The notes under the pieces are model-generated. The model was not told the origin of the DNA and did not search any database. It worked only from the letters and a program-made list of their open reading frames with translations. This document shows, one piece after another, positions 9,205 to 18,032 of a DNA stretch of 64,000 nt (its first letter is position 1; each line of letters opens with the position of its first letter). A program made the position numbers and the translations under genes. The DNA comes from Nocardioides sp. Its GTDB lineage: Bacteria > Actinomycetota > Actinomycetes > Propionibacteriales > Nocardioidaceae. Where the stretch lies: positions 2,249-66,248 of the forward strand of contig JAUYLL010000045.1 of NCBI GenBank assembly GCA_030698375.1. The letters are read 5' to 3'.

Positions 9205-10380
9205 TCAGGGGAGCGCGGGGAGGATCCGTCCGCGGGCCTCGCCGAACCCGAGCCGGGAGCCGTGCGGTCCGGGAGCGGACGCGGTGATGACGACCTCGTC
9301 GCCGTCCTCGAGGAAGGTTCGCGCCTCCCCGCCGACCTCGAGAGGCTCGGCGCCGTCCCAGGTCAGCTCGATGAACGCCCCGCGCGTCTCGCGCTCCGGG
9401 CCGGAGACGGTGCCGGAGCCGAGCAGGTCGCCGGGGCGCGTGGGAGCGCCGTTGACGGTGAGGTGCGCCAGCATCTGCGCCGGTGACCAGTACGTCGTCC
9501 GGTACGGCGGCCGGCTGACCTCCTGGCCGTTCCACTCCACCGTCATCGTGATGTCGAGGCCCCACGGCTCCTCCATCGCGAGGTAGGGCAGCGGTGCGGG
9601 GTCCTGGGGCGGAGTGGGCACCCGTGCCTCCTCCAGGGCGAGCAACGGCACGACCCACGGGGAGATCGTCGAGGCGAAGGACTTGCCGAGGTGCGGCCCG
9701 AGCGGGACGTACTCCCAGGCCTGGATGTCGCGCGCGGACCAGTCGTTGAGCAGCACCACCCCGAAGAGGCGTCGGTCCGCGTCGGTGACGTCGACCCGGC
9801 TGCCCTGCGCGCTGCCGGTGCCGACGAGGAACCCGAGCTCGGCCTCGACGTCGAGACGCTCGGTGGGGCCGAAGACGGGGGACCCCTCGGGGCCGCGCCG
9901 CTGCCCGCACGGACGCCGGACGTCGGTGCCGGAGACCACGACCGACCCCGCACGGCCGTGGTAGCCGATCGGCAGGTGCTTCCACGCCGTCGGCAGCGGG
10001 TCGGCCTCGTGCGGGCGGAAGATCCGGCCGAGGTTCCGCGCGTGGTGCTCGGAGGCGTAGAAGTCGACGTAGTCGCCGACCTGCACGGGCAGGTGCAGGG
10101 TGACGTCGGCGAGGGCGTGGACCGCCTCCGCGGGGACGTCGCCGGCCAGCTGGTCGGTCACCGCAGCCCGGACCGCGACCCAGCGGTCGCGCCCCTCCGC
10201 GAGGAACGGGTTGAGGGAGCCGGCCGCGAGCACTGGGTCGTCCAGGAGGACGGCGAGGTCGACGACGTGGTCGCCGTACCGGACCCCGACGCGCGGTGCG
10301 GCACCGGCGGGGGAGAAGACGCCGTACGGCAGGTTCGCGAGCCCGTACGGCGAGTCCCGGGGCACGGTCAGCGACACCAT
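9205..10380 (-). CDS. fahA: Fumarylacetoacetase
   Basis: NLPYGVF, DYVDFYAS, PIGYHGRA, NDWSARDIQAWEYVPLGP and GSGTVSG motifs; start taken at ATG 10380. Confidence 0.88.
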   Translation of the reverse strand: MVSLTVPRDSPYGLANLPYGVFSPAGAAPRVGVRYGDHVVDLAVLLDDPVLAAGSLNPFLAEGRDRWVAVRAAVTDQLAGDVPAEAVHALADVTLHLPVQVGDYVDFYASEHHARNLGRIFRPHEADPLPTAWKHLPIGYHGRAGSVVVSGTDVRRPCGQRRGPEGSPVFGPTERLDVEAELGFLVGTGSAQGSRVDVTDADRRLFGVVLLNDWSARDIQAWEYVPLGPHLGKSFASTISPWVVPLLALEEARVPTPPQDPAPLPYLAMEEPWGLDITMTVEWNGQEVSRPPYRTTYWSPAQMLAHLTVNGAPTRPGDLLGSGTVSGPERETRGAFIELTWDGAEPLEVGGEARTFLEDGDEVVITASAPGPHGSRLGFGEARGRILPALP

Positions 10381-10424
10381 GACGGCATCCTGCCCTGGAC
10401 GCGCGGCACGGGCGAGGGGGCGCG

Positions 10425-11138
10425 TCAGGAGGAGGCCGCGACGGGGCGCGCGGCGACGTACACCGAGCACGAGGAGGTGCCGTCGGTGACCGGGTTGGCG
10501 AAGGCCACCGTGTGCGTCTCGACGGTCTCGAACACCGCGCCCAGGTGGGCGGTGAACGCCTCGTCCGGCGGGTCGTCGGACCACAGGCTCAGCACGCCGT
10601 GGGGGCGCAGCATCCGCCCCGCCGCGCGCAGGCCGTCCTGGGTGTAGAAGTCGCCGTGGTCCTCGCGCAGGAGGTGGGCCGGCGAGTGGTCGATGTCGAC
10701 GAGCAGCGCGTCAAGCGGCGTCGACCACGCGCGGTCGCGTACCAGCGCGAAGAAGTCGTGCTGGCGCAGGTCGCAGCGGGGGTCAGCGGCGAGCCCGGAG
10801 GTCGCGGGCAGCAGGTCCCGCTGGTGCCAGTCGATGACCGGGGCCAGGGCCTCGACCACGGTGACTCGGGCGACACGGGGGTCGAGGAGGGCTTCGGACG
10901 CCGTGTAGCCGAGCCCAAGACCGCCGACCATGACCTCGAGCCGCTCGCCCTCGAGGGCGGCCAGCCCGAGCGAGGCCAGCGCCTGCTCGGTCGCGGTGAA
11001 CTGGCTCGACATCAAGTAGTCGTCATCGAGCTTGACCTCGTAGACGGTGCGCCGGGTGATCCGGTCACGCCGGCGCCGCAGGCTGATCTCGCCCCACGGG
11101 GTCTCGGCCCAGTCGAGCTCCTCGAACAGGGCGGCCAT
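10425..11138 (-). CDS. Spermidine-synthase-like SAM-binding protein
   Basis: LMSS, VGGLGLGYT SAM-binding loop, VVE and DIDHSP; start ATG 11138. Confidence 0.8.
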   Translation of the reverse strand: MAALFEELDWAETPWGEISLRRRRDRITRRTVYEVKLDDDYLMSSQFTATEQALASLGLAALEGERLEVMVGGLGLGYTASEALLDPRVARVTVVEALAPVIDWHQRDLLPATSGLAADPRCDLRQHDFFALVRDRAWSTPLDALLVDIDHSPAHLLREDHGDFYTQDGLRAAGRMLRPHGVLSLWSDDPPDEAFTAHLGAVFETVETHTVAFANPVTDGTSSCSVYVAARPVAASS

Positions 11139-11182
11139 CAGGGCGCCGTCGGATCGGGTCGAGTCGACTCCGCACGATGCAT
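11138..11182 (-). CDS. Putative leaderless 14-aa uORF (MHRAESTRPDPTAP) coupled to the next gene
   Basis: ATG 6 nt after TAGGTT -10; its TGA overlaps the downstream ATG (TGATG). Confidence 0.45.
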   Translation of the reverse strand: MHRAESTRPDPTAP

Positions 11183-11188
11183 CCCGAC

Positions 11189-11209
11189 AACCTACCGCTG
11201 CGTGAGGTT
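11189..11209 (-). promoter_or_regulatory. Putative MerR operator/-10, copy 1 (AACCTCACGCAGCGGTAGGTT)
   Basis: Dyad; matches copies 2 and 3; contains TAGGTT -10. Confidence 0.7.
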
Positions 11210-11271
11210 GATGGGGGAGGGGTGCCGGAGAGGACCTAGAGTGGGCCCGGCACCGACGCGAGAGGAGCCCG

Positions 11272-11682
11272 ATGTCTGGCCAGCACGTCCAGATCGGTGA
11301 GGTGGCGGCGAGCACGGGCCTGAGCCTGCGGACCATCCGGTACTACGAGGAGGTTGGGCTGGTCACGCCCTCGGCCCGCTCGACGGGCGGTTTCCGGCTC
11401 TACGCGGCCGCCGACGTCGACCGCCTCGAGCTGGTCAAGCGGATGAAGCCCCTGGACTTCTCCCTCGACGACATGCGCGACCTGCTCCGCGTCGTGGACG
11501 CACTGGATGCCGGTCCCACGTCGGAGGAGCGCCGTGAGCTCCTCGAGCGGCTGCACGGCCTGCACGGCGAGGCCGCCGAGCGCGTCGAGTCCCTGCGGCG
11601 CAAGCTGACGGTGGCGGAGCAGTTCGCCGACAGCCTGGCCGTGCGGCTGGGCGATCAGCGCAGCCGCTCCACCGACGCCTGA
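11272..11682 (+). CDS. MerR family transcriptional regulator (no Cys)
   Basis: QIGEVA...LSLRTIRYYEEVGL...R..GGFRLY HTH; GAGGAG RBS. Confidence 0.92.
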   Translation: MSGQHVQIGEVAASTGLSLRTIRYYEEVGLVTPSARSTGGFRLYAAADVDRLELVKRMKPLDFSLDDMRDLLRVVDALDAGPTSEERRELLERLHGLHGEAAERVESLRRKLTVAEQFADSLAVRLGDQRSRSTDA

Positions 11683-11694
11683 CGAGTTCGGCGC

Positions 11695-11715
11695 CACCTC
11701 ACGCGCCGTTAGGGT
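11695..11715 (+). promoter_or_regulatory. Putative MerR operator/-10, copy 2 (CACCTCACGCGCCGTTAGGGT), leaderless prfC promoter
   Basis: Dyad; TAGGGT ends 5 nt before GTG 11721. Confidence 0.7.
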
Positions 11716-11720
11716 CAGGG

Positions 11721-13292
11721 GTGATGACGGACCAGGACCCCCGCCCCCGCCGTACCTTTGCGGTGATCAGCCACCCCGACGCCGGCAAGTCGACGCTCAC
11801 CGAGGCACTCGCCCTCCACGCGCACGCGCTCACCCAGGCCGGAGCCGTCCACGGCAAGGCAGGCCGCAAGGCGACCGTGTCGGACTGGATGGACATGGAG
11901 AAGGCCCGCGGGATCTCCATCACCTCGGCGGCGCTGCAGTTCGAGCACGCCGACCACGTCATCAACCTCGTCGACACTCCGGGCCACTCCGACTTCTCCG
12001 AGGACACCTACCGGGTGCTGACGGCCGTCGACTCCGCGCTGATGCTCATCGACGCCGCGAAGGGGCTGGAGCCCCAGACCCTGAAGCTCTTCCGGGTGTG
12101 CGCCCAGCGCGGGCTGCCGGTCATCACCGTCATCAACAAGTGGGACCGTCCGGGGCTGGACCCCTTCGCCCTCCTCGACGAGATCGAGAAGGAGATTGGC
12201 CTGCGCCCCACCCCGCTCACCTGGCCGGTCGGCATCGCCGGGGACTTCCACGGCGTGCTCGACCGCCGGGACGGCCACTTCGTGAAGTACACGAGAACCG
12301 CCGGGGGAGCCACCCGCGCGCCGGTCGAGCACGTCGACGCGGCACGCGCGGCGGAGATCGCCGGTGCCGACTGGGAGGAGGCCGTCGAGGCCGACGAGCT
12401 GCTGTCGGCCGACGGTGCCGACCACGACCAGGCCAGCTACCTCGGCGGCAAGACCACTCCGGTGCTCTTCGCCTCCGCGCTGCTCAACTTCGGTGTCGAC
12501 CAGATCCTCGAGCTGCTGGTCGACATCGCCCCGGCCCCGCACGCGACCCGCGCCCAGGACGGGACGGAGCGGGCGGTCGACGACGACTTCAGCGCGTTCG
12601 TGTTCAAGGTGCAGTCCGGGATGGACTCCGCCCACCGGGACCGGCTCGCCTACGCGCGGGTCTGCTCGGGAGTCTTCGAGCGCGGGATGGTCGTGACCCA
12701 TGCAGCGTCCGGCAAACCGTTCGCGACGAAGTACGCCCAGGCCGTCTTCGGCCGCGAGCGCGTGGCGGTGGAGCGGGCCTACCCCGGCGACGTCATCGGG
12801 CTTGTGAACGCCTCCGCGCTCCGGGTCGGGGACACGATCTACGACGGCGAGCCGGTCGCCTTCCCGCCGATCGAGTCGTTCTCCCCCGAGCACTTCGCCA
12901 CCGCCTCCGTCGCCGACACCGGGCGGTGGAAGCAGTTCCGTCGCGGCATCGAGCAGCTCGACGAGGAGGGCGTCGTCCAGGTGCTCCGCTCCGACCTGCG
13001 CGGGGACCAGTCGCCGGTGCTCGCCGCCGTCGGACCGATGCAGTTCGAGGTGGTCGCCGCGCGGCTGGAGGCGGAGTTCCGCGCTCCGGTGCGCCTCGAG
13101 CGGCTCGGCTTCGAGCTTGCCCGCCAAGTGCGCCCCGACCAGGCGGACCTGGTCGGCTCCCAGCGGGGGGTCGAGGTGCTCGCCCGCCGCGACGGCACCC
13201 TGCTCGCCCTCTTCCCCGACAAGTGGCGGCTGCGTCAGGTGCAGCGGGACCACCCCGACCTCGAACTGGGTGCGCTTCCGGCGGGCGGGTAG
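11721..13292 (+). CDS. prfC: Peptide chain release factor 3
   Basis: RRTFAVISHPDAGKSTLTE, SDWMDMEKARGISI, DTPGH, NKWD, HRDR and GPMQFEV motifs. Confidence 0.95.
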   Translation: MMTDQDPRPRRTFAVISHPDAGKSTLTEALALHAHALTQAGAVHGKAGRKATVSDWMDMEKARGISITSAALQFEHADHVINLVDTPGHSDFSEDTYRVLTAVDSALMLIDAAKGLEPQTLKLFRVCAQRGLPVITVINKWDRPGLDPFALLDEIEKEIGLRPTPLTWPVGIAGDFHGVLDRRDGHFVKYTRTAGGATRAPVEHVDAARAAEIAGADWEEAVEADELLSADGADHDQASYLGGKTTPVLFASALLNFGVDQILELLVDIAPAPHATRAQDGTERAVDDDFSAFVFKVQSGMDSAHRDRLAYARVCSGVFERGMVVTHAASGKPFATKYAQAVFGRERVAVERAYPGDVIGLVNASALRVGDTIYDGEPVAFPPIESFSPEHFATASVADTGRWKQFRRGIEQLDEEGVVQVLRSDLRGDQSPVLAAVGPMQFEVVAARLEAEFRAPVRLERLGFELARQVRPDQADLVGSQRGVEVLARRDGTLLALFPDKWRLRQVQRDHPDLELGALPAGG

Positions 13293-13343
13293 GCGACTGA
13301 GACAGAGATCACGGCTGGTCCCGCAGCGGACGATGCGCGGCTG

Positions 13344-13364
13344 AGTCTCACGTCACGGTAGAGT
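13344..13364 (+). promoter_or_regulatory. Putative MerR operator/-10, copy 3 (AGTCTCACGTCACGGTAGAGT)
   Basis: Dyad matching copies 1 and 2; contains TAGAGT -10; upstream of sulP. Confidence 0.7.
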
Positions 13365-13537
13365 CTGGTCCGGCACAGCGCGTCACGCACCGCTGCGTCG
13401 GGTTCCTCCTCGGGAGGACACCCCTTCTTCTTCTCTCGCGGTCCCCGGCCGCATCCTCCGATCCTCGTGGTCCCGGCTGACGTGCAACGACGCGCCGCAG
13501 CGGTCCGCACACCCGACCGACCGCCTGGAGTTCCCCT

Positions 13538-15073
13538 GTGTCTGATGCCCAGCCCGCCGCGTCCGTGGTGACCGACGTCCACCATCCGCCGGCCGAGGTC
13601 CACACCGTCATGGGCGCGCTCCGTCGTCCGGCGATCCTGCGCCGCGAGCTGATCGCAGGCCTGGTCGTGGCCCTGGCCCTCATCCCCGAGGCGATCGCGT
13701 TCTCGATCATCGCCGGCGTGGATCCGCGGGTCGGGCTCTTCGCCTCGTTCACGATGGCGGTCTCGATCGCGTTCCTCGGCGGTCGCCCCGCGATGATCTC
13801 GGCCGCGACCGGCGCGATCGCGCTCGTCATCGCTCCGGTGGTTCGCGACCACGGTCTTGACTACCTCATCGCCACGGTGCTGCTCGGCGGCATCATCCAG
13901 GTGGCGCTCGGGCTCTCGGGTTTCGCGAAGATGATGCGGTTCATCCCGCGCTCGGTGATGGTCGGCTTCGTCAACGCCCTCGCCATCTTGATCTTCATGG
14001 CGCAGATCACGCACATGGTCGACGTGCCGCTCATCGTCTACCCGATGATCGGCTTCGGGATCCTCGTGATGGTGCTGCTGCCGCGGATGACCGTGGCCGT
14101 TCCCGCGCCGCTGGTCGCCATCGTGATCCTCACGGTCCTCACCGTCGCGGTCGGCCTGACCGTCCCGAACGTGGGCGACGAGGGCGAGCTGCCCGACAGC
14201 CTCCCCTCACTCTTCGTGCCCGACGTGCCGTTCACCCTCGAGACGCTGCAGATCATCGCGCCGTACGCGATCGCGATGGCGTTGGTCGGGCTCCTGGAGT
14301 CGCTGCTGACCGCCAAGCTCGTCGACGACATCACCGACACCCACTCCGACAAGACCCGTGAGGCCTGGGGCCAGGGCGGCGCCAACATCATCACCAGCTT
14401 CTTCGGGGGCATGGGGGGCTGCGCGATGATCGGCCAGACGATGATCAACGTGAAGGAGGGCCGGGCGCGCACCCGAATCTCCACCTTCTCCGCCGGCGTC
14501 TTCCTGCTGATCCTCGTGGTCGGCTTCGGCGACATCGTCGCCATCATCCCGATGGCCGCGCTGGTCGCGGTGATGATCATGGTGGCCGTCGGCACCTTCG
14601 ACTGGCACAGCGTCGCCCCGGCCACGCTGCGCCGGATGCCCAAGTCGGAGACGACGGTGATGGTCTCGACCGTGGTCGTCACCGTCGGCACCCACAACCT
14701 CGCCATCGGCGTCGTCGTCGGTGTCCTGGTGGCCATGACGCTCTTCGCGCGTCGGGTCGCACACATGACCGAGACGCACCGCGAGCTGGTCGAGGCCAAG
14801 GACGGCTCCGTGGCGGCGGTCTACCGGGTCACCGGGGAGCTGTTCTTCGCCTCCAGCAACGACCTCTACACCCAGTTCGAGTACGCCGAGGACCCCGAGT
14901 ACGTCGTCATCGACCTCTCGGCCTCCCATGTCTGGGACGCCTCGACCGTGGCGGCGCTGGACAGCATCTGCACCAAGTACGAGCGCAAGGGCAAGACGGT
15001 CGAGATCACCGGGCTCAACGACTCCAGCGCCTACCGCCACGGCACGCTGACCGGGAACCTGTCGATGCACTGA
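13538..15073 (+). CDS. SulP/SLC26 family anion transporter with C-terminal STAS domain
   Basis: LIPEAIAFS, GGRPAMIS, GLLESLLT, GGCAMIGQ and GELFFAS motifs. Confidence 0.92.
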   Translation: MSDAQPAASVVTDVHHPPAEVHTVMGALRRPAILRRELIAGLVVALALIPEAIAFSIIAGVDPRVGLFASFTMAVSIAFLGGRPAMISAATGAIALVIAPVVRDHGLDYLIATVLLGGIIQVALGLSGFAKMMRFIPRSVMVGFVNALAILIFMAQITHMVDVPLIVYPMIGFGILVMVLLPRMTVAVPAPLVAIVILTVLTVAVGLTVPNVGDEGELPDSLPSLFVPDVPFTLETLQIIAPYAIAMALVGLLESLLTAKLVDDITDTHSDKTREAWGQGGANIITSFFGGMGGCAMIGQTMINVKEGRARTRISTFSAGVFLLILVVGFGDIVAIIPMAALVAVMIMVAVGTFDWHSVAPATLRRMPKSETTVMVSTVVVTVGTHNLAIGVVVGVLVAMTLFARRVAHMTETHRELVEAKDGSVAAVYRVTGELFFASSNDLYTQFEYAEDPEYVVIDLSASHVWDASTVAALDSICTKYERKGKTVEITGLNDSSAYRHGTLTGNLSMH

Positions 15074-15106
15074 GTGGGAGGAGGGGGTACGGGTAGGTTC
15101 GCGGCC

Positions 15107-15676
15107 ATGGCGCCCACGAAGTCGCAGCGCACCCGCGCAACCCTGCGCGAGATCGCGTTGCGCCACTTCGTCCAGCACGGCTTCGACGCCGCCAGTGTCC
15201 CAGCGATCGCGGACGAGGCGGGGGTCACTGAGCGCACGTTCTACCGGCACTTCGCCACCAAGGACGAGGTGCTCTTCGCGGACGTCGCCGATGCGCTGGT
15301 CTGGTTCCGCACCGCGATGCGCGATCGACCGGCGGACGAGGACCTGGTCCGCTCGGTCGTCGCCGCGCTCGGTTCCGCACCGACGGACCCGCGGCTGATG
15401 GTGGAGATCGCCGACCTGCGCAGCCAGCTGCTGCGTCCGGATCGGATCGAGAAGGTCTACCGCGACCGGCAGGGCCTGATGGCCCGAGAGCTGCGGGCGC
15501 TGCTCGTCGAGCGGGGAGACGACGACCTCGACGCCGCCGTTCGCGCCGAGGTCGTCGCCGGCGCGGTCTTCGGTGCGCTCCTGGTCTGGACCGAGACCCA
15601 CGGGCCACACGACCTGCGTGAGCTCGGTCGCCTGACGACAGCCGCGCTCGAGCGGGTCCGGCCCGCACTGGGCTGA
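15107..15676 (+). CDS. TetR family transcriptional regulator
   Basis: IADEAGVTERTFYRHFATKDEVL HTH; TAGGTT -10 shortly before ATG 15107. Confidence 0.9.
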   Translation: MAPTKSQRTRATLREIALRHFVQHGFDAASVPAIADEAGVTERTFYRHFATKDEVLFADVADALVWFRTAMRDRPADEDLVRSVVAALGSAPTDPRLMVEIADLRSQLLRPDRIEKVYRDRQGLMARELRALLVERGDDDLDAAVRAEVVAGAVFGALLVWTETHGPHDLRELGRLTTAALERVRPALG

Positions 15677-15708
15677 TCGTGGTCGGGGGCCGTCAGCATC
15701 CTCCGAGA

Positions 15709-17187
15709 TCAGCGCGTGGTGCCCCGACAGTGGTAGTCCCGCCCCTGGAGCGACTCCCAGGTCTTGCCGGTCCAGCGCACGAAGCGCCAGCACTCCGAGA
15801 CCCGCTTCTGGCTGACTCGTTGCGGGGAGTGCAGGCTGTTGGCCGTCCAGCTCTGCACGCCGGAGACGGCGCGCACCAGCGAGGCGCGGTCGAGGTCGCC
15901 GCCGAGACGCGCAGCCTCCTGGGCGAAGAGACGCGCGGCGGACCAGGCGAAGAGGCCGAAGAATCCCGGGGAGGCGCTGGGGTTCACCTGCCGCAGGTAG
16001 CTCAGGTAGAGCCGCAGCTCCTCGTTGCGGGCGGCCTCCTCGAACGGGGTGAAGTTCATGAACACCACCGTTCCGACCGCGGCACTGCCCGCCTGCTCGG
16101 TGTACTGCGGGCTGTAGGCCGTGGGGTCGAGCAGCAGCAGCTTGGGCTTGAACCCCTGCTGCTGCATGGCCTGCGCCAACCGGACGAACTGCGGCGCCGC
16201 CGCGACGAACTGCACGGTCTCGACCCCGCGCTCGCGCATCGCCTGGACGTACGGCGCGTAGTTGAACTCGGCGAGGTCGACACCGGCGGTGTAGACGAAC
16301 TTCATCCCGCGCTTGGTCTGGTGCCGCACCTGCGCCGGGCCGTTCTCGGTGGCCGCTCCGCCCTTCAGGTAGAGCATCGCGGCCTTCTGGCCGCCTCCGT
16401 AGGACCGCTTGATGAAGTCGGGCACGGCGTTCTGGAACTCGTCGGGCCCGGCGGGTTGGGCCGGCCAGCAGGTCCGGCAGGCGGAGCGGTCCCTCGTCGT
16501 GGCGATCGCGCGCACGTCGGGCAGCCCACATCTCTCCGCGGTGCGAGCGCCCCCGGAGTCGAAGCCCGACATCGACCCCACCATCGCGAACACCTCGCTG
16601 CAGCCGCGGGTGTAGGCCTGCTGGTCCGCGCCGTTGTCGGTGCGGCTGTCGTAGCTGACCAGCTCGAGGCGGCGCCCACAGATGCGTGACCCGGAGTCGT
16701 TGAAGTAGCGGACGAACGCCCGCACCGCCTCCCGCGCCTCGGCGAAGAGGCCCGGCACCGGACCGCTGATGTCGGAGGCGTTGCCGATGGTGATGGCGGC
16801 GTTGCTGATGCCGGTGCCGTTGCGCAGCCCCGTGCACGCTGTCTCGGGCTTGGTCGTGACGGCGGGGCTGCCCGAGCCGGATCCCGCACCTGCGCGGGAC
16901 CCGTCCGAACCCCCGGGGCCGGCGTCCTCGCCTGCGCTGGGCCCCGCGCCGGCGGGGGTCTCGGCGTCCGCCGGGTCGCCTCCGGCATCTCCCACCGGCC
17001 CACCGGTGTCGGTCCCGCCGTCCGCACCGGCGAACCCGGTGCCCGGTTCGGCAGGGCCGCCCTGGAGGCTGCTGGAACCAGCGCCGGTCCCTCCCGCGGC
17101 GGCGACCACGGAGGGGTCGAGGCGGGTGCCGCAGGCAGCGAGTAGCAGGCAGGTGGTGGCGACGAGGACCCCGCGACGAAGGCGCAC
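15709..17187 (-). CDS. ABC-type substrate-binding lipoprotein (branched-chain/Peripla_BP_6-like)
   Basis: Lipobox LLAAC, Gly/Ala/Pro-rich linker, ICGRRLEL..YD motif. Confidence 0.8.
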   Translation of the reverse strand: MRLRRGVLVATTCLLLAACGTRLDPSVVAAAGGTGAGSSSLQGGPAEPGTGFAGADGGTDTGGPVGDAGGDPADAETPAGAGPSAGEDAGPGGSDGSRAGAGSGSGSPAVTTKPETACTGLRNGTGISNAAITIGNASDISGPVPGLFAEAREAVRAFVRYFNDSGSRICGRRLELVSYDSRTDNGADQQAYTRGCSEVFAMVGSMSGFDSGGARTAERCGLPDVRAIATTRDRSACRTCWPAQPAGPDEFQNAVPDFIKRSYGGGQKAAMLYLKGGAATENGPAQVRHQTKRGMKFVYTAGVDLAEFNYAPYVQAMRERGVETVQFVAAAPQFVRLAQAMQQQGFKPKLLLLDPTAYSPQYTEQAGSAAVGTVVFMNFTPFEEAARNEELRLYLSYLRQVNPSASPGFFGLFAWSAARLFAQEAARLGGDLDRASLVRAVSGVQSWTANSLHSPQRVSQKRVSECWRFVRWTGKTWESLQGRDYHCRGTTR

Positions 17188-17197
17188 CAGGACCTCC

Positions 17198-18031
17198 TCA
17201 GACCTCGGTGAAGCCGACGTCGAGGGTGACCTGCTCCCAGGCGTCGATCGAGGCAGCCATCGCGGCGAGCTTCTCCCGTGTCGCAGCCAGCACGTCGGAG
17301 CCGAGCAGTAGCCGCAGTGGGGGGTCGTCGAGTCCGGCCACCATCACCACGGCGTCGCCGACCCGACGCGGGTCGCCGGGTAGATGATCGGCGAACTGGC
17401 GGATCAGGTCCTTGCGGACCCCGACGTCGCCGGCGTACGCGTCGAGGGGCGTGGTCGCCTCGTGCATGGAGCGCTTGGCCCAGTCGGTGCGGAAGCCGCC
17501 GGGCTCGATCGCGGTGACCCTGATGCCGAGCGGGCCGACCTCCTTGGCGAGTGCCTCGGTGAGTGCCTCGAGGGCGAACTTCGTGGAGCTGTAGTAGGCG
17601 TTGGGCGGGTTGGCGACCAGTCCCGTCATCGAGGAGATGTTGACGACGTGGCCGCTGCCGCGCTCCCGCATGCCGGGCAGCACGGCCTTGATCATGTCGA
17701 CGGCCCCGAAGTAGTTCGTGTCGAACAATGCGCGGACCTCCTCGTCCTCGCCCTCCTCGACCGCGGCGAGGTATCCGTAGCCGGCGTTGTTGACCAGCAC
17801 GTCGACTCCGCCGAAGGCGTCCTCGGCGGCGGCCAGCGCAGCGGCGATCTGCGTCTTGTCGGTGACGTCCAGCGCCACCGCGTGGGCGCGGTCGCCGTAC
17901 GTCTGCGGGAAGTCGGTCACGTCGTCGACCTTGCGCGCGGTGACCACGACCTGGTGACCGGCCTCCAGAGCCGCACGGGCGATCTCCCGACCGATGCCGG
18001 TCGAGCAGCCGGTGACCAGCCAGCGCGCCAT
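17198..18031 (-). CDS. Short-chain dehydrogenase/reductase
   Basis: TGCSTGIG, NNAG and YSSTK motifs. Confidence 0.92.
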   Translation of the reverse strand: MARWLVTGCSTGIGREIARAALEAGHQVVVTARKVDDVTDFPQTYGDRAHAVALDVTDKTQIAAALAAAEDAFGGVDVLVNNAGYGYLAAVEEGEDEEVRALFDTNYFGAVDMIKAVLPGMRERGSGHVVNISSMTGLVANPPNAYYSSTKFALEALTEALAKEVGPLGIRVTAIEPGGFRTDWAKRSMHEATTPLDAYAGDVGVRKDLIRQFADHLPGDPRRVGDAVVMVAGLDDPPLRLLLGSDVLAATREKLAAMAASIDAWEQVTLDVGFTEV

Positions 18032-18032
18032 C

